A stretch of 64,000 bases of DNA from Candidatus Thorarchaeota archaeon (GTDB taxonomy: Archaea; Asgardarchaeota; Thorarchaeia; Thorarchaeales; Thorarchaeaceae), in the NCBI GenBank assembly GCA_963726195.1, contig CAVSBO010000003.1, forward strand, positions 576,001-640,000, in the 5' to 3' direction. The translations under genes were made by a program, and so were the position numbers. The first letter of the stretch is position 1. Every line of letters starts with the position of its first letter. Below, piece after piece: positions 1 through 10,601 of the stretch. A model generated the notes under the pieces. It did no database searches and was not told where the DNA came from. It saw only the letters and a list, made by a program, of their open reading frames with translations.

Positions 1-88
1 ACTGGGGAATAATGGGTCTGTACAAATCAACACAGAACTCAAAACTAGCCCTTCAAATGATTCTCTGGTTGACCAAGCTCAAATGGCC

Positions 89-481
89 CTAGAGCAATGG
101 AGCTATTCTATCACAGGCAGTCTTCGCGGCGTAAACGAGAAGACCTGTCTTCAGGCTCTTAGCAGCAGCCAACACGAGAATGGCCTTGTCTCCTGCGCTC
201 TTCAACAGCATCATTCCATTCTCGTTGGTCACTAGGACTTCCTCTAGCGACCCTTGTTCTAATCTTTCTGCAGCAAGGTCAGCGACTCCAAGAATCGCGG
301 CAGACATCGCTGCAATCTCGGCTTCCTCCAGTCCCTGTGGTACGGCAGATGCAATGGGCAGACCCTCCTTTGATAGGAGCATCCAAGCGCGCACCCCAGA
401 GGCCATGGATGTGGCTTCCTCCATGATTTGTCTCAGCTTGCCCTGCAGTTTTTCAAACTCGGGGTTTAGGATGGCTGCCAC
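89..481 (-). CDS. Roadblock/LC7 (MglB/LAMTOR2-like) domain protein
   Basis: 130 aa with the roadblock pattern GVRAWMLLSKEGLPIAS...IAAMSAAILGVA...LEQGSLEEVLVTNENGMMLLKSAG...ILVLAA. Confidence 0.9.
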   Translation of the reverse strand: MAAILNPEFEKLQGKLRQIMEEATSMASGVRAWMLLSKEGLPIASAVPQGLEEAEIAAMSAAILGVADLAAERLEQGSLEEVLVTNENGMMLLKSAGDKAILVLAAAKSLKTGLLVYAAKTACDRIAPLL

Positions 482-649
482 TCTCCGAAATCGGCGTACT
501 GGTCGCTGATTTAGATTTGCGCGTTAATAAAGTTTGGTTGATGGACAATCGAAAGTGCACAAACCAGAATGCACACTCAGAGTAATAAGCCGTCCATCCA
601 CTAATAAGCTTACCATCATGTTGGAAGACCTCATTCCAGGTGTGGACCC

Positions 650-1270
650 ATGACCGATGACGTACACGACCTTGGATCATCCGAAGTTCACGAAGACACA
701 ACCGGATGGAAGATCGGTGCCCGAGCCCTTGGCATTGCAGAGAGCTTCGAGCAATCAGATGAATGCAGCACTGTCGCAGGAGTCGTGATGCGGGGTGACA
801 TGAGAATCGACGGTTATGGTTTCTGCCGTCCATCGATAGGCGGGGCCAACGCAACGGAGGAGCTGATATCCATGTATCATTCACTCAACAGGCAGGATAT
901 CAGAGCTTGGATGTTGGGTGGAAGCGTAATCTCTTGGTTCAATATCGTAGACATTCAAGAACTGCACGAAAGAACGGATACACCGGTTGCATGCGTATCG
1001 TATCGTCCGTCAGAGGGCATCGAGAAGTACCTGAAGGAGTATTTCCCAGACGACTGGCAAAAGAGAGCAGACGTGCTTGAACGGACTGGCGAGCGGGTCG
1101 AGATACACCTGAACACAGGCCACTCAGTATTCCTATCTGTGGCGGGAATAAGCATCAACAAGGGCCGCCGATTGATAGACATGTTTACCTTGGATGGTGC
1201 AGTGCCAGAGCCTATCAGAGCAGCGCGAATCCTCGCCGCTTCAATACGCCATTCAGGTTGCTTCCAATAG
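650..1270 (+). CDS. DUF99 (UPF0215, endonuclease V-like fold) family protein
   Basis: Typical archaeal DUF99 motifs RALGIAESF, AGVVMRGDMRIDG, LGGSVISWFNIVDI and VPEPIRAAR. Confidence 0.85.
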   Translation: MTDDVHDLGSSEVHEDTTGWKIGARALGIAESFEQSDECSTVAGVVMRGDMRIDGYGFCRPSIGGANATEELISMYHSLNRQDIRAWMLGGSVISWFNIVDIQELHERTDTPVACVSYRPSEGIEKYLKEYFPDDWQKRADVLERTGERVEIHLNTGHSVFLSVAGISINKGRRLIDMFTLDGAVPEPIRAARILAASIRHSGCFQ

Positions 1271-1272
1271 TC

Positions 1273-1884
1273 CTAGCCAGAGCGGCCGAGCCTGTTCCTG
1301 TGCATATCGTACAGCTGCTCAAATAGAGATTGGGCCACGTCCAAGTGGAGATTGGTGATTTCGGCTTTCGCATGTTCGAAGAATTCCTCGAGGTTTTGAG
1401 AAGGAAAGCCAGAACTCTCAAGACGAACTGCATGTGCTAACATGTCAAGCTTGTCAGCGGCAACGACGACCCTTGCTTCAAGGGTCTTGGAATCCTCAAA
1501 CTCATCCCATTGCTTTCTCAGCGTCTCCCCAGCTGCTCCGAGTGGACGAAGCATCAGCCTCATTGCGCTCCGCTCGGTCTCTCTCTTTCCCGATTTCATT
1601 GTCGTGCCGCCCAGTTCGACGGCTTTGTGTGGGATATCCGATATCATGGCTTCGGGCAAGTCATGAAGGACTGCCATTGTCAAGAGCCTCTCAATGTCGA
1701 CACTCGTTCCTTGGGATTTGATATGGTGCGCTAAGAGGAGAGCAATGAACACAGTCCCCCAGCAATGAGATGCGACGGTCTCGCACTCCGGAGGGTTCTG
1801 TCCAGCTAGAATCCAGCCAGTGCGCGAAAGTCGTTTGAGAGACTCCGATTTCAGGCAGACTTCAATAATCTCTTCTGCATTCAT
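1273..1884 (-). CDS. HD-domain phosphohydrolase (YfbR/5'-deoxynucleotidase-like)
   Basis: LKRLSRTGW, ETVASH, AVLHDLPEAMISDIP and ADKLDM motifs; start placed at ATG 1884 behind a GGAGG. Confidence 0.9.
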   Translation of the reverse strand: MNAEEIIEVCLKSESLKRLSRTGWILAGQNPPECETVASHCWGTVFIALLLAHHIKSQGTSVDIERLLTMAVLHDLPEAMISDIPHKAVELGGTTMKSGKRETERSAMRLMLRPLGAAGETLRKQWDEFEDSKTLEARVVVAADKLDMLAHAVRLESSGFPSQNLEEFFEHAKAEITNLHLDVAQSLFEQLYDMHRNRLGRSG

Positions 1885-1948
1885 ATAAGACGCCTCCCAC
1901 TCCATTGGGGCTGAGCACTTTTCGTTTGCCCTGTGACCATAATGCTAC

Positions 1949-3047
1949 TCATGGAGTGACGGTGATGGTGCCATTGACAATCATATCTTTGTAAATGCGA
2001 ATGACGTTGAATATGTTCGCAGATATGTACGTGTTACTGTACGAGAATGCTGTTACATTAGCACCACCGTTGGCCAAGTTGTATTGGAACTGATTATTGG
2101 GTGGGGCTGGGAACGCGTTCCACAGTGTCGCGTTGATTATCCAAGATACTGCCCAGTCTATGCGAGGAACGACACTGGTTGGAATCCAGCTCGGCGCAAC
2201 GGGCGCTAGAATATTGGCACAACCAAGGTAGTCTAGGTTGCCATCAGCAGCTATCACGAGAGGCATCCTGTGTTTGAGATGAAGAATCGTGCTGTTGGCC
2301 AAGAGCATTCCGTTGCGCACTCCGATGATGCTAGCACGGACAGGCGCGAACAACACGGATATTCCGGTTGCGGTGAACAAATGAAATGTTGCATTGCCGG
2401 CAGCAGAGTTGTTGTTGTAGCTGCCCACGTACTCTGTTGGCGCAAGTGTCACGTTCAACACATAGGTGGTATTCGCGGCAATGACGCCCTGCACGAAACC
2501 GTTGATTAGACTCGTGACCGCTGGATCATCACTCATCGATGCAAGAATCCCAACCACCTTAGTGTAGTTCGTGCTAGCGGAAAGGAGTGCTGCAAGAACA
2601 CCCGCAAGGAAAGGCGGCCTGTTCGGAATGGAATATGCCGCACGCAACATTAGGCAAAGTGACATTACCACCAATCATGGCAAACTTCTGGTGCGGGTAT
2701 GCTGCGGCAGTACTATTCAGCGCAGATGTAAGTTTCTGCCCAATGACCACAATAAGGTTGTACTGGCCTGAAGATGCAAGACTCCGCATCAAGGTCTCAG
2801 CCTCAACAGCCGTCTTCGGATATGGACTAGGTATGACATACTGAACAGTGAAGTTGCCAGAGATTTGATTCATCCCAATCTGGGCTTGGTCTGCCATGCT
2901 GAGGTCGCCGAAGCCAGGGTCCAGTACGACAATTGCAATCTGAGGAGGTCGGTACTGATTCGTGACATAGAGAAAAGCGCCCACAGAACCGAAGATCACA
3001 ATCACAATCACAAGTGAAGTAAGCAATGAGGTCCTTGTGCTCGGCAT
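1949..3047 (-). CDS. BMP/PnrA family ABC transporter substrate-binding protein (one frameshift at ~2610)
   Basis: N-terminal TM anchor and GFGDLSM motif. The EQAAF|LAGVLAA motif is split between ORFs 2574-3047 and 1949-2674 by one extra T in a T run. Also contains FVQGV and VIAADGNLDYL. Confidence 0.8.
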
Positions 3048-3222
3048 TATACTTCCCTCAGCGTCGAACGGGAGCCGAGCACCTCGGGGTTGATTTAAAC
3101 TTGTTGTTCAAAGAATCTTGGAACATGAATACTACATGGGTACGACGAGAAAGATACCACGAGTCTTTTCGCTCAATCAAGTGCGAATGACTACTTTTTC
3201 ATCGTCCTGCGGTTGACCACAG

Positions 3223-3230
3223 CTTATATA
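3223..3230 (+). promoter_or_regulatory. Putative archaeal TATA box for the tandem roadblock gene
   Basis: CTTATATA about 40 nt upstream of the 3268 start, in an intergenic region. Confidence 0.45.
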
Positions 3231-3267
3231 GCGGCAGTTGGTTACACGCTCGCAATAGAGGTTCAAG

Positions 3268-3996
3268 GTGATGGCTGGAGAAATACTTGGGAAAGTTGCA
3301 GACCTTCTCGCAGACGCATTGAAGGTCCACCGCTCCGTTAAGGATGTGATACTGTGCACTAAAGAGGGAGTGGTCGTAGCGGCGGTCTCCAGGAAGAATG
3401 AGAGCATCGACCCGAAAGTCCTGTCTACTGTATCAGCTGCACTTGTATGGGCTGGAACAAACGTACTCGGCCAAGTGGGCAAGGCCAAGCCGACGCATCT
3501 AATGCATTCCACACAGGGTGAGACCATACTCACGGTACTGCAACCACACTATCAACTGGTCGTTGTTTTGGCGAGAGCTGAGCAGACAGGAGTGGATTCT
3601 GCCACACTGGTTTCCAGGTTCCAGTCTGTCGCCACACGTATTGAGCTGCTCATGGGTTCAAGTGCCGCACCCTCAAGAGAGACGCTTCTTGGGAACATTG
3701 TGAAAGCATTCCCAGAGATAACTCAGGCCATGCTTCTCACGGCTGAGGGGTTGCCTCTTGGCTCGGTTGGTCTCGAGAATTACGTAGAGATTGCCGCGTT
3801 GGTCAGTTCCATCTTCGCGAACGGACTCACGTACTCGAATCGCACCGAGAGCATACTGATCAATTCTGAACAGGTTGACCTGTTAGTAACTCGAGTTGAC
3901 GAAACGCGCCTGCTCGCAGTTGTCTGCAGAGGCACTCAGCCCGATGTTCTGTCCAAAAAGGTGATGGCATTCATTCAGGAAAACTTGGCGCTCTAG
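3268..3996 (+). CDS. Tandem (double) roadblock/LC7 domain protein
   Basis: Two roadblock repeats: VKDVILCTKEGVVVA...LSTVSAAL and ITQAMLLTAEGLPLGS...IAALVSSIF. Confidence 0.8.
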   Translation: MMAGEILGKVADLLADALKVHRSVKDVILCTKEGVVVAAVSRKNESIDPKVLSTVSAALVWAGTNVLGQVGKAKPTHLMHSTQGETILTVLQPHYQLVVVLARAEQTGVDSATLVSRFQSVATRIELLMGSSAAPSRETLLGNIVKAFPEITQAMLLTAEGLPLGSVGLENYVEIAALVSSIFANGLTYSNRTESILINSEQVDLLVTRVDETRLLAVVCRGTQPDVLSKKVMAFIQENLAL

Positions 3997-4706
3997 TGAA
4001 CCTTGGTTGGTTCGGCAATCTCGGGGGGGACTGTATCATCTTCGCTGACTAAATCGAGTTGCCACTCCCTTAGATTAATCTTTATGTAGCAGTCTTTGCC
4101 TCTCTCGGGGCAGTCAATCCGAATGGTCACATGGTCCTGCGTCTTCTCTTTGATTTCCGGATTCAGACAACCGCCCTCCAACTTCTCCATCAACCACATA
4201 ACATACGCTTCTGTTATTGAGTTCAGGCTGCCGTCCAAAAGGGCTTGGCCCAGATGAGCCAGATAATGCCTCTTCTTCCGTCCTTGCTTTTCAACACTAA
4301 CCAGTCCAACCTCTTCCATGCGTGAGATGTGCCAACGGACTGTGTCGTGATGGACACCAAGAGTCTCAGCCATTTGTTCTTGATAACACCCGGGGTTGTT
4401 CACAATGTATGAGAATATTCTTCTGGCGGTCTCGCTGCGCATCGTCAGGTATGCCATTTCTGCTTCTTGAGACCTTAACATTCTAGGGTAGTAGAGTCTC
4501 TTTCCTGCGAACTTGATTGACTTTACGAGCCCTTCCCGTTCAAGAATCCTGAGATGCCATGTCAAAGTGCCAAGAGGACTCTCGAGCATCGACACAAGCT
4601 CGAGAAGGTAGGTGCCGGGATTCTCGCAGAGGACCTGATAGAGGTCCCGCCTAAACGGGTGAAGAAGCAACGTCAAGCGTTTTTGCTTTTTGCTTTTTGC
4701 TTGCAT
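3993..4706 (-). CDS. Double winged helix-turn-helix transcriptional regulator (ArsR-like, archaeal)
   Basis: Two wHTH repeats: ENPGTYLLEL...TLTWHLRILEREGLV and NNPGCYQEQMA...TVRWHISRMEEVGLV. Confidence 0.85.
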   Translation of the reverse strand: MQAKSKKQKRLTLLLHPFRRDLYQVLCENPGTYLLELVSMLESPLGTLTWHLRILEREGLVKSIKFAGKRLYYPRMLRSQEAEMAYLTMRSETARRIFSYIVNNPGCYQEQMAETLGVHHDTVRWHISRMEEVGLVSVEKQGRKKRHYLAHLGQALLDGSLNSITEAYVMWLMEKLEGGCLNPEIKEKTQDHVTIRIDCPERGKDCYIKINLREWQLDLVSEDDTVPPEIAEPTKVH

Positions 4707-4866
4707 CAGCCAGTCCTCTTGCGTCGGCGTTCATTCAAATGGGCTGAAAGGTCATAAAAGGTCTTCGACAAGTTGAGTGCCACGGAACATTAGACCTAAG
4801 CTTCGGAACCTTTTTCGGCGTATTGTGACATCCAAACGGTAGAATCTCGGCTTAGAAGGTCTTGAC

Positions 4867-6699
4867 TTGTGCGGCATAACTGGTATTGTGAGCCTCAACC
4901 GGGAGGACATTGGTGAAGTTCTTGTCAAGTGCGGCCGCAAGTTGACGTACCGAGGTTACGACTCCGTGGGGCTCGCAGCTGTTCATAATGGCACAGTTGA
5001 CCTCAGGAAAGACGTAGGGACAATCGATGCAGTGGACAAGTTGCTCGGATTGTCAAAAATGAAAGGAGACAGAGGCATCGTCCAACTTAGATGGGCGACC
5101 TACGGTCCGCCAACAAAGCTCAATGCGCAGCCACATTTCGGATGCGACGAGTCAATCTACGGGGCTCACAATGGCAACATCCACAATTATGTGGAGTATC
5201 GGAAGGAACTCGTGGAGACAGGTCATATCGTACGCTCTGAGAATGACGGGGAGCTTTGTGTCCACGCTGTCGACAAGTACTATGAACAGACTGGCGATAT
5301 GCTAGAGGCCGTAAGGCTTTCTACGCGGGACCTGAAGGGTGCGTTCTCGTTCGCCGTGGGCAGAGCGGATAGCAAAGAGATCTATGCCGTCAAGATGGGA
5401 TCCTCACTCGTTGCAGGAGTCGGCAATGGCGAGACAATTGCATCAAGTGACCTTCCCTCGATTCTGCCAGTCACAAACAATGTGATTTACCTTGCAGATG
5501 GCGAGATGCTAGCGCTTTCTCCAGATAGGGTTGAGGTCTACAGAATCGAAGATGGAAAGCGGCTGCAGCGAAAACCGGAGCCCACTACGATCGACGTACA
5601 CTCAGCCGAGAAGGGCGGCTTCCCACACTTCATGCTGAAGGAGATAAACGAACAACCAAAGGTTGCACAAGACGTGATGGGAGTTCTTCAGGGAGCGAAG
5701 TCTGACGAATGGCTCAAGTTGATAGAGGAAGCAAAGAGCCTCTACCTTGTGGCGTGCGGCTCGTCCTACAATGCGGGTATCGTCGGAGCGTACTACTTCA
5801 ATCGACTAGCCGGCATACCTCTAGTTCCCTCAATCGGCGGCCAATTCGAGCCTATGTACGGCCGGACTCTAGATGAAGATAGCTTATGCATCCTTGTTTC
5901 CCAAAGCGGAGAGACCAAGGACATACTGAACGTCCTGAATCTCGTGAAAGGTCAGGGCACCGGCAAGACTCTGGGCATCGTCAATGTCATCGGCAGCACC
6001 TTGATGTTCAACGCAGACGCGTACGTACCAATGGTCTGCGGATACGAGGTCAGCGTCCCTGCCACAAAGACCTACTTCTCTCAGACAGTCATCTTTGCAT
6101 ACCTTGCTGCGGTGCTAGGCGAGAGAAACGGTCGCCTTGACCGGAAGGAAGCAAGATCCATTGTTCGATTGTTGAGCCAAGACTTGCCAGTACTGGCTCA
6201 ATCAACAATCGACCGCACGGGAATCCTTGCAAAGAACCTCGCGAGGACATTGACCGGCACTAAGGACCTTTACTGTCTCGGTTATGGTATGACTGACGGC
6301 GTAGCGCATGAAGGGGCACTCAAGATCAAAGAGATATGTTACAACCATTGCGAAGGAATGTATAGCTCAGAGTTCAAGCATGGACCTCTAAGCATAGTCA
6401 CGAAGGATTACCCCGTGATATTCGTAACAACGCCAGAAGATAGCTGGATGGTCATTAATCATATCAACGAAGTCAAGTGCAGATTTGGTCGTGCCATAAT
6501 CGTGGGTGAACGGGAGAGCACTCTTGAGCCGTACGTGGCAAATGAGACCGACTACTTGGAAGTCCCAAAGGCGAATATCATTCTCAATCCTATGTTGGAT
6601 GTCATCCCGCTCCAGCTACTAAGCTATTTCCTCTCTGTTGACTTAGGAATTGACCCAGACTTGCCGCGCAATCTCTCTAAGACGCTAACCGTTGACTGA
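4867..6699 (+). CDS. glmS: Glutamine--fructose-6-phosphate aminotransferase (isomerizing)
   Basis: N-terminal MCGI, YRGYDSVG, RWAT, HNG, SQSGET, VPATKT, EGALKIKEI, EFKHGP and C-terminal PRNLSKTLTVD; 610 aa. Confidence 0.97.
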   Translation: MCGITGIVSLNREDIGEVLVKCGRKLTYRGYDSVGLAAVHNGTVDLRKDVGTIDAVDKLLGLSKMKGDRGIVQLRWATYGPPTKLNAQPHFGCDESIYGAHNGNIHNYVEYRKELVETGHIVRSENDGELCVHAVDKYYEQTGDMLEAVRLSTRDLKGAFSFAVGRADSKEIYAVKMGSSLVAGVGNGETIASSDLPSILPVTNNVIYLADGEMLALSPDRVEVYRIEDGKRLQRKPEPTTIDVHSAEKGGFPHFMLKEINEQPKVAQDVMGVLQGAKSDEWLKLIEEAKSLYLVACGSSYNAGIVGAYYFNRLAGIPLVPSIGGQFEPMYGRTLDEDSLCILVSQSGETKDILNVLNLVKGQGTGKTLGIVNVIGSTLMFNADAYVPMVCGYEVSVPATKTYFSQTVIFAYLAAVLGERNGRLDRKEARSIVRLLSQDLPVLAQSTIDRTGILAKNLARTLTGTKDLYCLGYGMTDGVAHEGALKIKEICYNHCEGMYSSEFKHGPLSIVTKDYPVIFVTTPEDSWMVINHINEVKCRFGRAIIVGERESTLEPYVANETDYLEVPKANIILNPMLDVIPLQLLSYFLSVDLGIDPDLPRNLSKTLTVD

Positions 6700-6700
6700 T

Positions 6701-7083
6701 TCAGTCTTGACCTGTCTCGCCGATTCTGATGACTCTCATGGCGGAAGAAGATACATTCCCTGCATCAAAGCCCTCTCTGATGTTGACCAACTCGTCGTCA
6801 CCAACTTGGAATACGCCAGTCAGCTTGGTCTCATCAGCCAGAGCCCACTGGCCAAAGATGTCGAGATTGGTGTCAGTCTTGCATTCGAGAAGACCAGTAG
6901 TCCCTGAGCTCGACCACCAGCTGAACACCTGCCACATTGGCCAAGACTGGCAAGCATCTCCCTCCACAGTTTCTTGAGCCGCGTAGGACCGTGACTGTTG
7001 AAGAATGTTATCACAACGTTGCCTTTTCGTCCTTCGAGCTCTTGACGGATTGTCCCCATCTCTGACTCTGAAAACAGCATCAT
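6701..7083 (-). CDS. Small hypothetical protein, probably one gene split by a frameshift
   Basis: Overlapping - strand ORFs 6820-7083 and 6701-6967 fill the gap between glmS and the RimK gene; the junction position is uncertain. Confidence 0.5.
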
Positions 7084-7161
7084 TTGACTGTGTGCCTAAG
7101 CCCGGTCCGTTAAAAGCTCCGCGCTACGGATAAAAGGAGAAGCAGGACCCGTTGAATCGAG

Positions 7162-8067
7162 TTGGACATTTTGCCGAAAGTATACTCCGAAGTCGGACTC
7201 TTTTCGTCCGATCCATACTCTCCTCGCGTGCAAAGCTTAACCACGGCATTTCAAAGCTTGGGAGTTGATACAACCCAGGTAATGCCCTGGAAGGTTGCAC
7301 GGACCGGCTCGACAAATATGCATAGTATCATGATAGACGGCAAGGACCTGACGGACCTAGACTTGATGCTCGTGCTAGACCTTGGCGCTACTGATATCGG
7401 GGCATTTTTCAATCGCGTGGGATTACTCTCGGCCTTGGCAGAACTAGGTGTGGAGATTGTGAACTCGGTTTCTTCGATACTTCTCATGCGGAACAAAGCC
7501 GAGACTATGCGGAAGCTAGTTTCTGCTGGGCTCCCCGTTCCGGAGACCCTCATCACGGAGTCAATCGACCACGCAGCTGAGTTCGCGAAATCGCACATCC
7601 CCTGCGTACTGAAACCCATAACTGGCTTCGGAGGGGAGGGCGTTCAGCTCATTGAACGCGAGTTCGACCTTGAGAACATCCATGACTACCTCAAGGTTCA
7701 CAACCAGTATCATGGAAAAGGAGCCTTTCTTCTTCAAGAGTACATCCGAAATTCCGGGTACGATATTCGCGCCCTCGTTGTCGAGAATGAGGTTATCGCG
7801 ACAATGCAGAGAGTAGGAGGAGAGGGCATCACTAGAAACATCCATGCAGGCGGCTTGCCGCGTCGAAATGAGGTAGATGTCACGGACCTGGCAGTTAGGG
7901 CGGCGAAGTCGGTTCGGGGTAGGCTCGTAGGAGTCGATCTCATTCCAGATGTCGACGGCCAACTCTGGGTCTTGGAAGCAAACGCCACACCGGGCTGGTC
8001 AGGCTTGCAGCAAGTTACGAATTTCGACATTTCAAGAAGGATAGCCCAAGTCTTTTGTCGCCGCTAG
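7162..8067 (+). CDS. RimK family ATP-grasp alpha-L-glutamate ligase (CofF/MptN/LysX-like)
   Basis: RNKAET, LPVPET, VLKPITGFGGEGV, LQEYI, DIRALVV, NIHAGG, GVDL and EANATPGW motifs. Confidence 0.92.
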   Translation: MDILPKVYSEVGLFSSDPYSPRVQSLTTAFQSLGVDTTQVMPWKVARTGSTNMHSIMIDGKDLTDLDLMLVLDLGATDIGAFFNRVGLLSALAELGVEIVNSVSSILLMRNKAETMRKLVSAGLPVPETLITESIDHAAEFAKSHIPCVLKPITGFGGEGVQLIEREFDLENIHDYLKVHNQYHGKGAFLLQEYIRNSGYDIRALVVENEVIATMQRVGGEGITRNIHAGGLPRRNEVDVTDLAVRAAKSVRGRLVGVDLIPDVDGQLWVLEANATPGWSGLQQVTNFDISRRIAQVFCRR

Positions 8068-8207
8068 CCCGTTATTTCCATAAGCTTAAAAGCAGGCCAG
8101 ATGGCGTGCCATTCGTCCGGTCCAGAGGGTAACCTCTGCCCGGCGGAATATCGTGGAATCCGTCCTGCTTTGCAGGACAGCAAGACGAAATTCTGAGGTT
8201 CAATTGG

Positions 8208-9227
8208 TTGACAGAAGCCGCTGAAACAGTTCCAGAAGACCTCGAGTTTCTGAGAACCAAGCTCAGAGAACTCAAAACCCAAGCACGTGAAGACCTAGAG
8301 CAGTTGCGTAGAGACCGCGACAAGATGCGGGAATACAAGACCATCCGCGACGAGCACAACAAGGAAGTGCGTGCCCTCATTGAATCGGTGAAGGCTGAAC
8401 GCGAGGAACGTGACCGCATCAACGCAGAAATCACCGAAGCTAAAGATAAGCGAACCGCAATTCACGCACAGCTCAAGAGCGTCTATGACGAGATCCGCGA
8501 CTTGAGGGACAAAATCGTGGGCAGTCCCTCAACAGATCAGAGAAGAATGATGCGGAGAGTCGAGGAACTGGAGTGGAGACAGCAAACAGAGCAGCTGTCC
8601 ATGGACGAAGAACGACAGATTGTCGATGAGATTGCAAAGATTGAAGCACAGCTTGTCAAGATAGGCCAGGAGAAGGAGAAGCAGGACAAGATAAGTGAAC
8701 TCCGACGAATGGCCCGAAGACTAAAGGAGGAGGCCACAGAAGCTCACCAGAAGGTGCTTACTCTTTCTGAGCAATCACAGGTACACCATCAAGAAGTCGT
8801 GAGAATCAGACCACAACTGGAACAATACAAGAAGTCTGCTGACACGGCGCACCAGAACTTCGTGGAATGGCTCAAGAAGGTCAAGGATGGAGAGACTAAA
8901 CTCAAGGACGCCCGCACTCAGATTGACGATATTCACGAGAAAATCAGGAAGCAGATGTCTGAAAGAAGAGAATCTGAGAAGACTGGCAAGAAGGCACAGT
9001 GAAGAGAACAAGACAAAGAACGTGCTGATCTCGCAGTCGAAAAGATGACCACTGGCAAGAGAATGACATTCGATGAGTTCATTCTTGCTCAGCGAGTCGT
9101 TAGTGATGACAAGAAGCGGGCAGATAAGAAGAAGAGAGCAACAGCAGACGAAACCGAAGAAACAACTGCGGAAACAACAGAATCAGAGCCAACCAAGGAT
9201 GAACCAGCCGAGGAAGATAAGGAGTAG
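8208..9227 (+). CDS. Archaeal long coiled-coil protein (COG1340-like), interrupted by an in-frame TGA at 9000-9002
   Basis: Heptad-rich E/K/R sequence with ELEWRQQTEQLSMDEERQIVDEI. ORF 9045-9227 is in the same frame and carries the family-like GKRMTFDEF motif. Confidence 0.75.
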
Positions 9228-9276
9228 CTGAGACTGTCTCTCGTCACGTGCATGAAAGACCGAGGCGACCAAAGCT

Positions 9277-10560
9277 TTGAGTAGCACAAGCGAGAGGCCT
9301 GTCAGCCGCCATTCTGCTGTTACAATCTTCTACTTTCTGGCTCTCGGTTCCGGAGTGATGCGTACATTCTCCGTCGGTTTTGACATTGTCGCTCTCAACA
9401 CTGTGATTGACCCTAAAATCGATGCATCCTACGCCTTTGCGTACGGTTTCATGGCACAGTGGGTCAGCTTCGTGGCCACAAGCCTACTCGTATTAGTCCT
9501 GAGTGCGAAGAAGAGAATCGACGAAAAGCCAAGGGCGCTAGGTTACTTGGTCGACCCCGACTTTGGCAGAATAGGTTTCCTCCCGAAGAAAGCCATGATG
9601 TACACTTTCATTGGCGGTGTCTTCGCAGGCATCTCGACCTACTCCTATTACTGGTTGATAGGGACCACCACAGACGCATCTGCTGTCCTACCTTTTGGTC
9701 AACTCGCCGTCATCTATCTTCTGATGGGAGACTTGATGGCCGAAAAAGACACGCCCACGATCATCGAAGTTCAATGCATTATGTCCATAATGTTCGGAGT
9801 GCTTCTTGTGGGAGTCTCTCCTCAAGGAGGGTTCAATATCGGTACATTGCTCGTAGTGCTCGTGCCAATGAACATGTCATCTGCAGTATTAACCTATTAT
9901 CAACGGAAGACAAAGCGCTACGAAATCAGGCCAGGACTTCAGGTCGACACAATCAATATGCGTCTCTGGTCACTGCTATTTCTAAACACGGTATACACTA
10001 TACTCGCCATTCCCTCGATGTCAGCAAGCTTCTGGCAGATAATGAATGTGACATTTGTGCCCTTGCTGTGGATAACCGTCGGCGGGTCTCTCACGGCATT
10101 CTTCTCAATCGTGATGTATTCAAGGGCGCTTGGACGGGGATCGATGGCTATCGTCAACTCATTGTCCTCGATTTCAGTCGTGCTCGGGATCCCCTTGATG
10201 CTGATTGGGAACCTAATTGTCCCCGGATCCTTTGGAGCAATTAGCGCCAATGTTTCCCAATGGATTTTCAAGATGTTTGGTGTTTCCCTTGTCATGATCG
10301 GAGTAATTGCTCTACAGGCATCAGATGTGAGAGCGATTGTCATAATCAGAGTGAGACCAGAAACCGGAGACCTACTGCCCCTGCTCTTCAATATCAAGGG
10401 AGTTGAGAGCGCTTCTGGGGTCGCAGGTGATCTTGATTACCTTCTGAGCATCAAGGCTCGCAGCCTCGCGAAGACACGGACTCAGATACTGAATCGGGTT
10501 CAGGAGGTTCCCGGTGTTCAGAGCGTTCACACGCTCATTGTCCTTAAGGATTACAGATAA
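9277..10560 (+). CDS. EamA/DMT-like multi-TM transporter fused to a C-terminal Lrp/AsnC ligand-binding (RAM) domain
   Basis: About 10 hydrophobic helices in two repeats. The C-terminal 80 aa (AIVIIRV...GVESASGVAGDLDYLLSI...VPGVQSVHTLIVLK) form a RAM domain. Confidence 0.75.
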   Translation: MSSTSERPVSRHSAVTIFYFLALGSGVMRTFSVGFDIVALNTVIDPKIDASYAFAYGFMAQWVSFVATSLLVLVLSAKKRIDEKPRALGYLVDPDFGRIGFLPKKAMMYTFIGGVFAGISTYSYYWLIGTTTDASAVLPFGQLAVIYLLMGDLMAEKDTPTIIEVQCIMSIMFGVLLVGVSPQGGFNIGTLLVVLVPMNMSSAVLTYYQRKTKRYEIRPGLQVDTINMRLWSLLFLNTVYTILAIPSMSASFWQIMNVTFVPLLWITVGGSLTAFFSIVMYSRALGRGSMAIVNSLSSISVVLGIPLMLIGNLIVPGSFGAISANVSQWIFKMFGVSLVMIGVIALQASDVRAIVIIRVRPETGDLLPLLFNIKGVESASGVAGDLDYLLSIKARSLAKTRTQILNRVQEVPGVQSVHTLIVLKDYR

Positions 10561-10601
10561 CAATGTGGATATGATTGGTCAAACCAGTTCGAGGTGGAAA
10601 G

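Noticed and set aside
9000-9002. Selenocysteine codon
   Set aside because: The TGA lies in a charged coiled coil with no Cys/redox context, and I could not identify a convincing SECIS.
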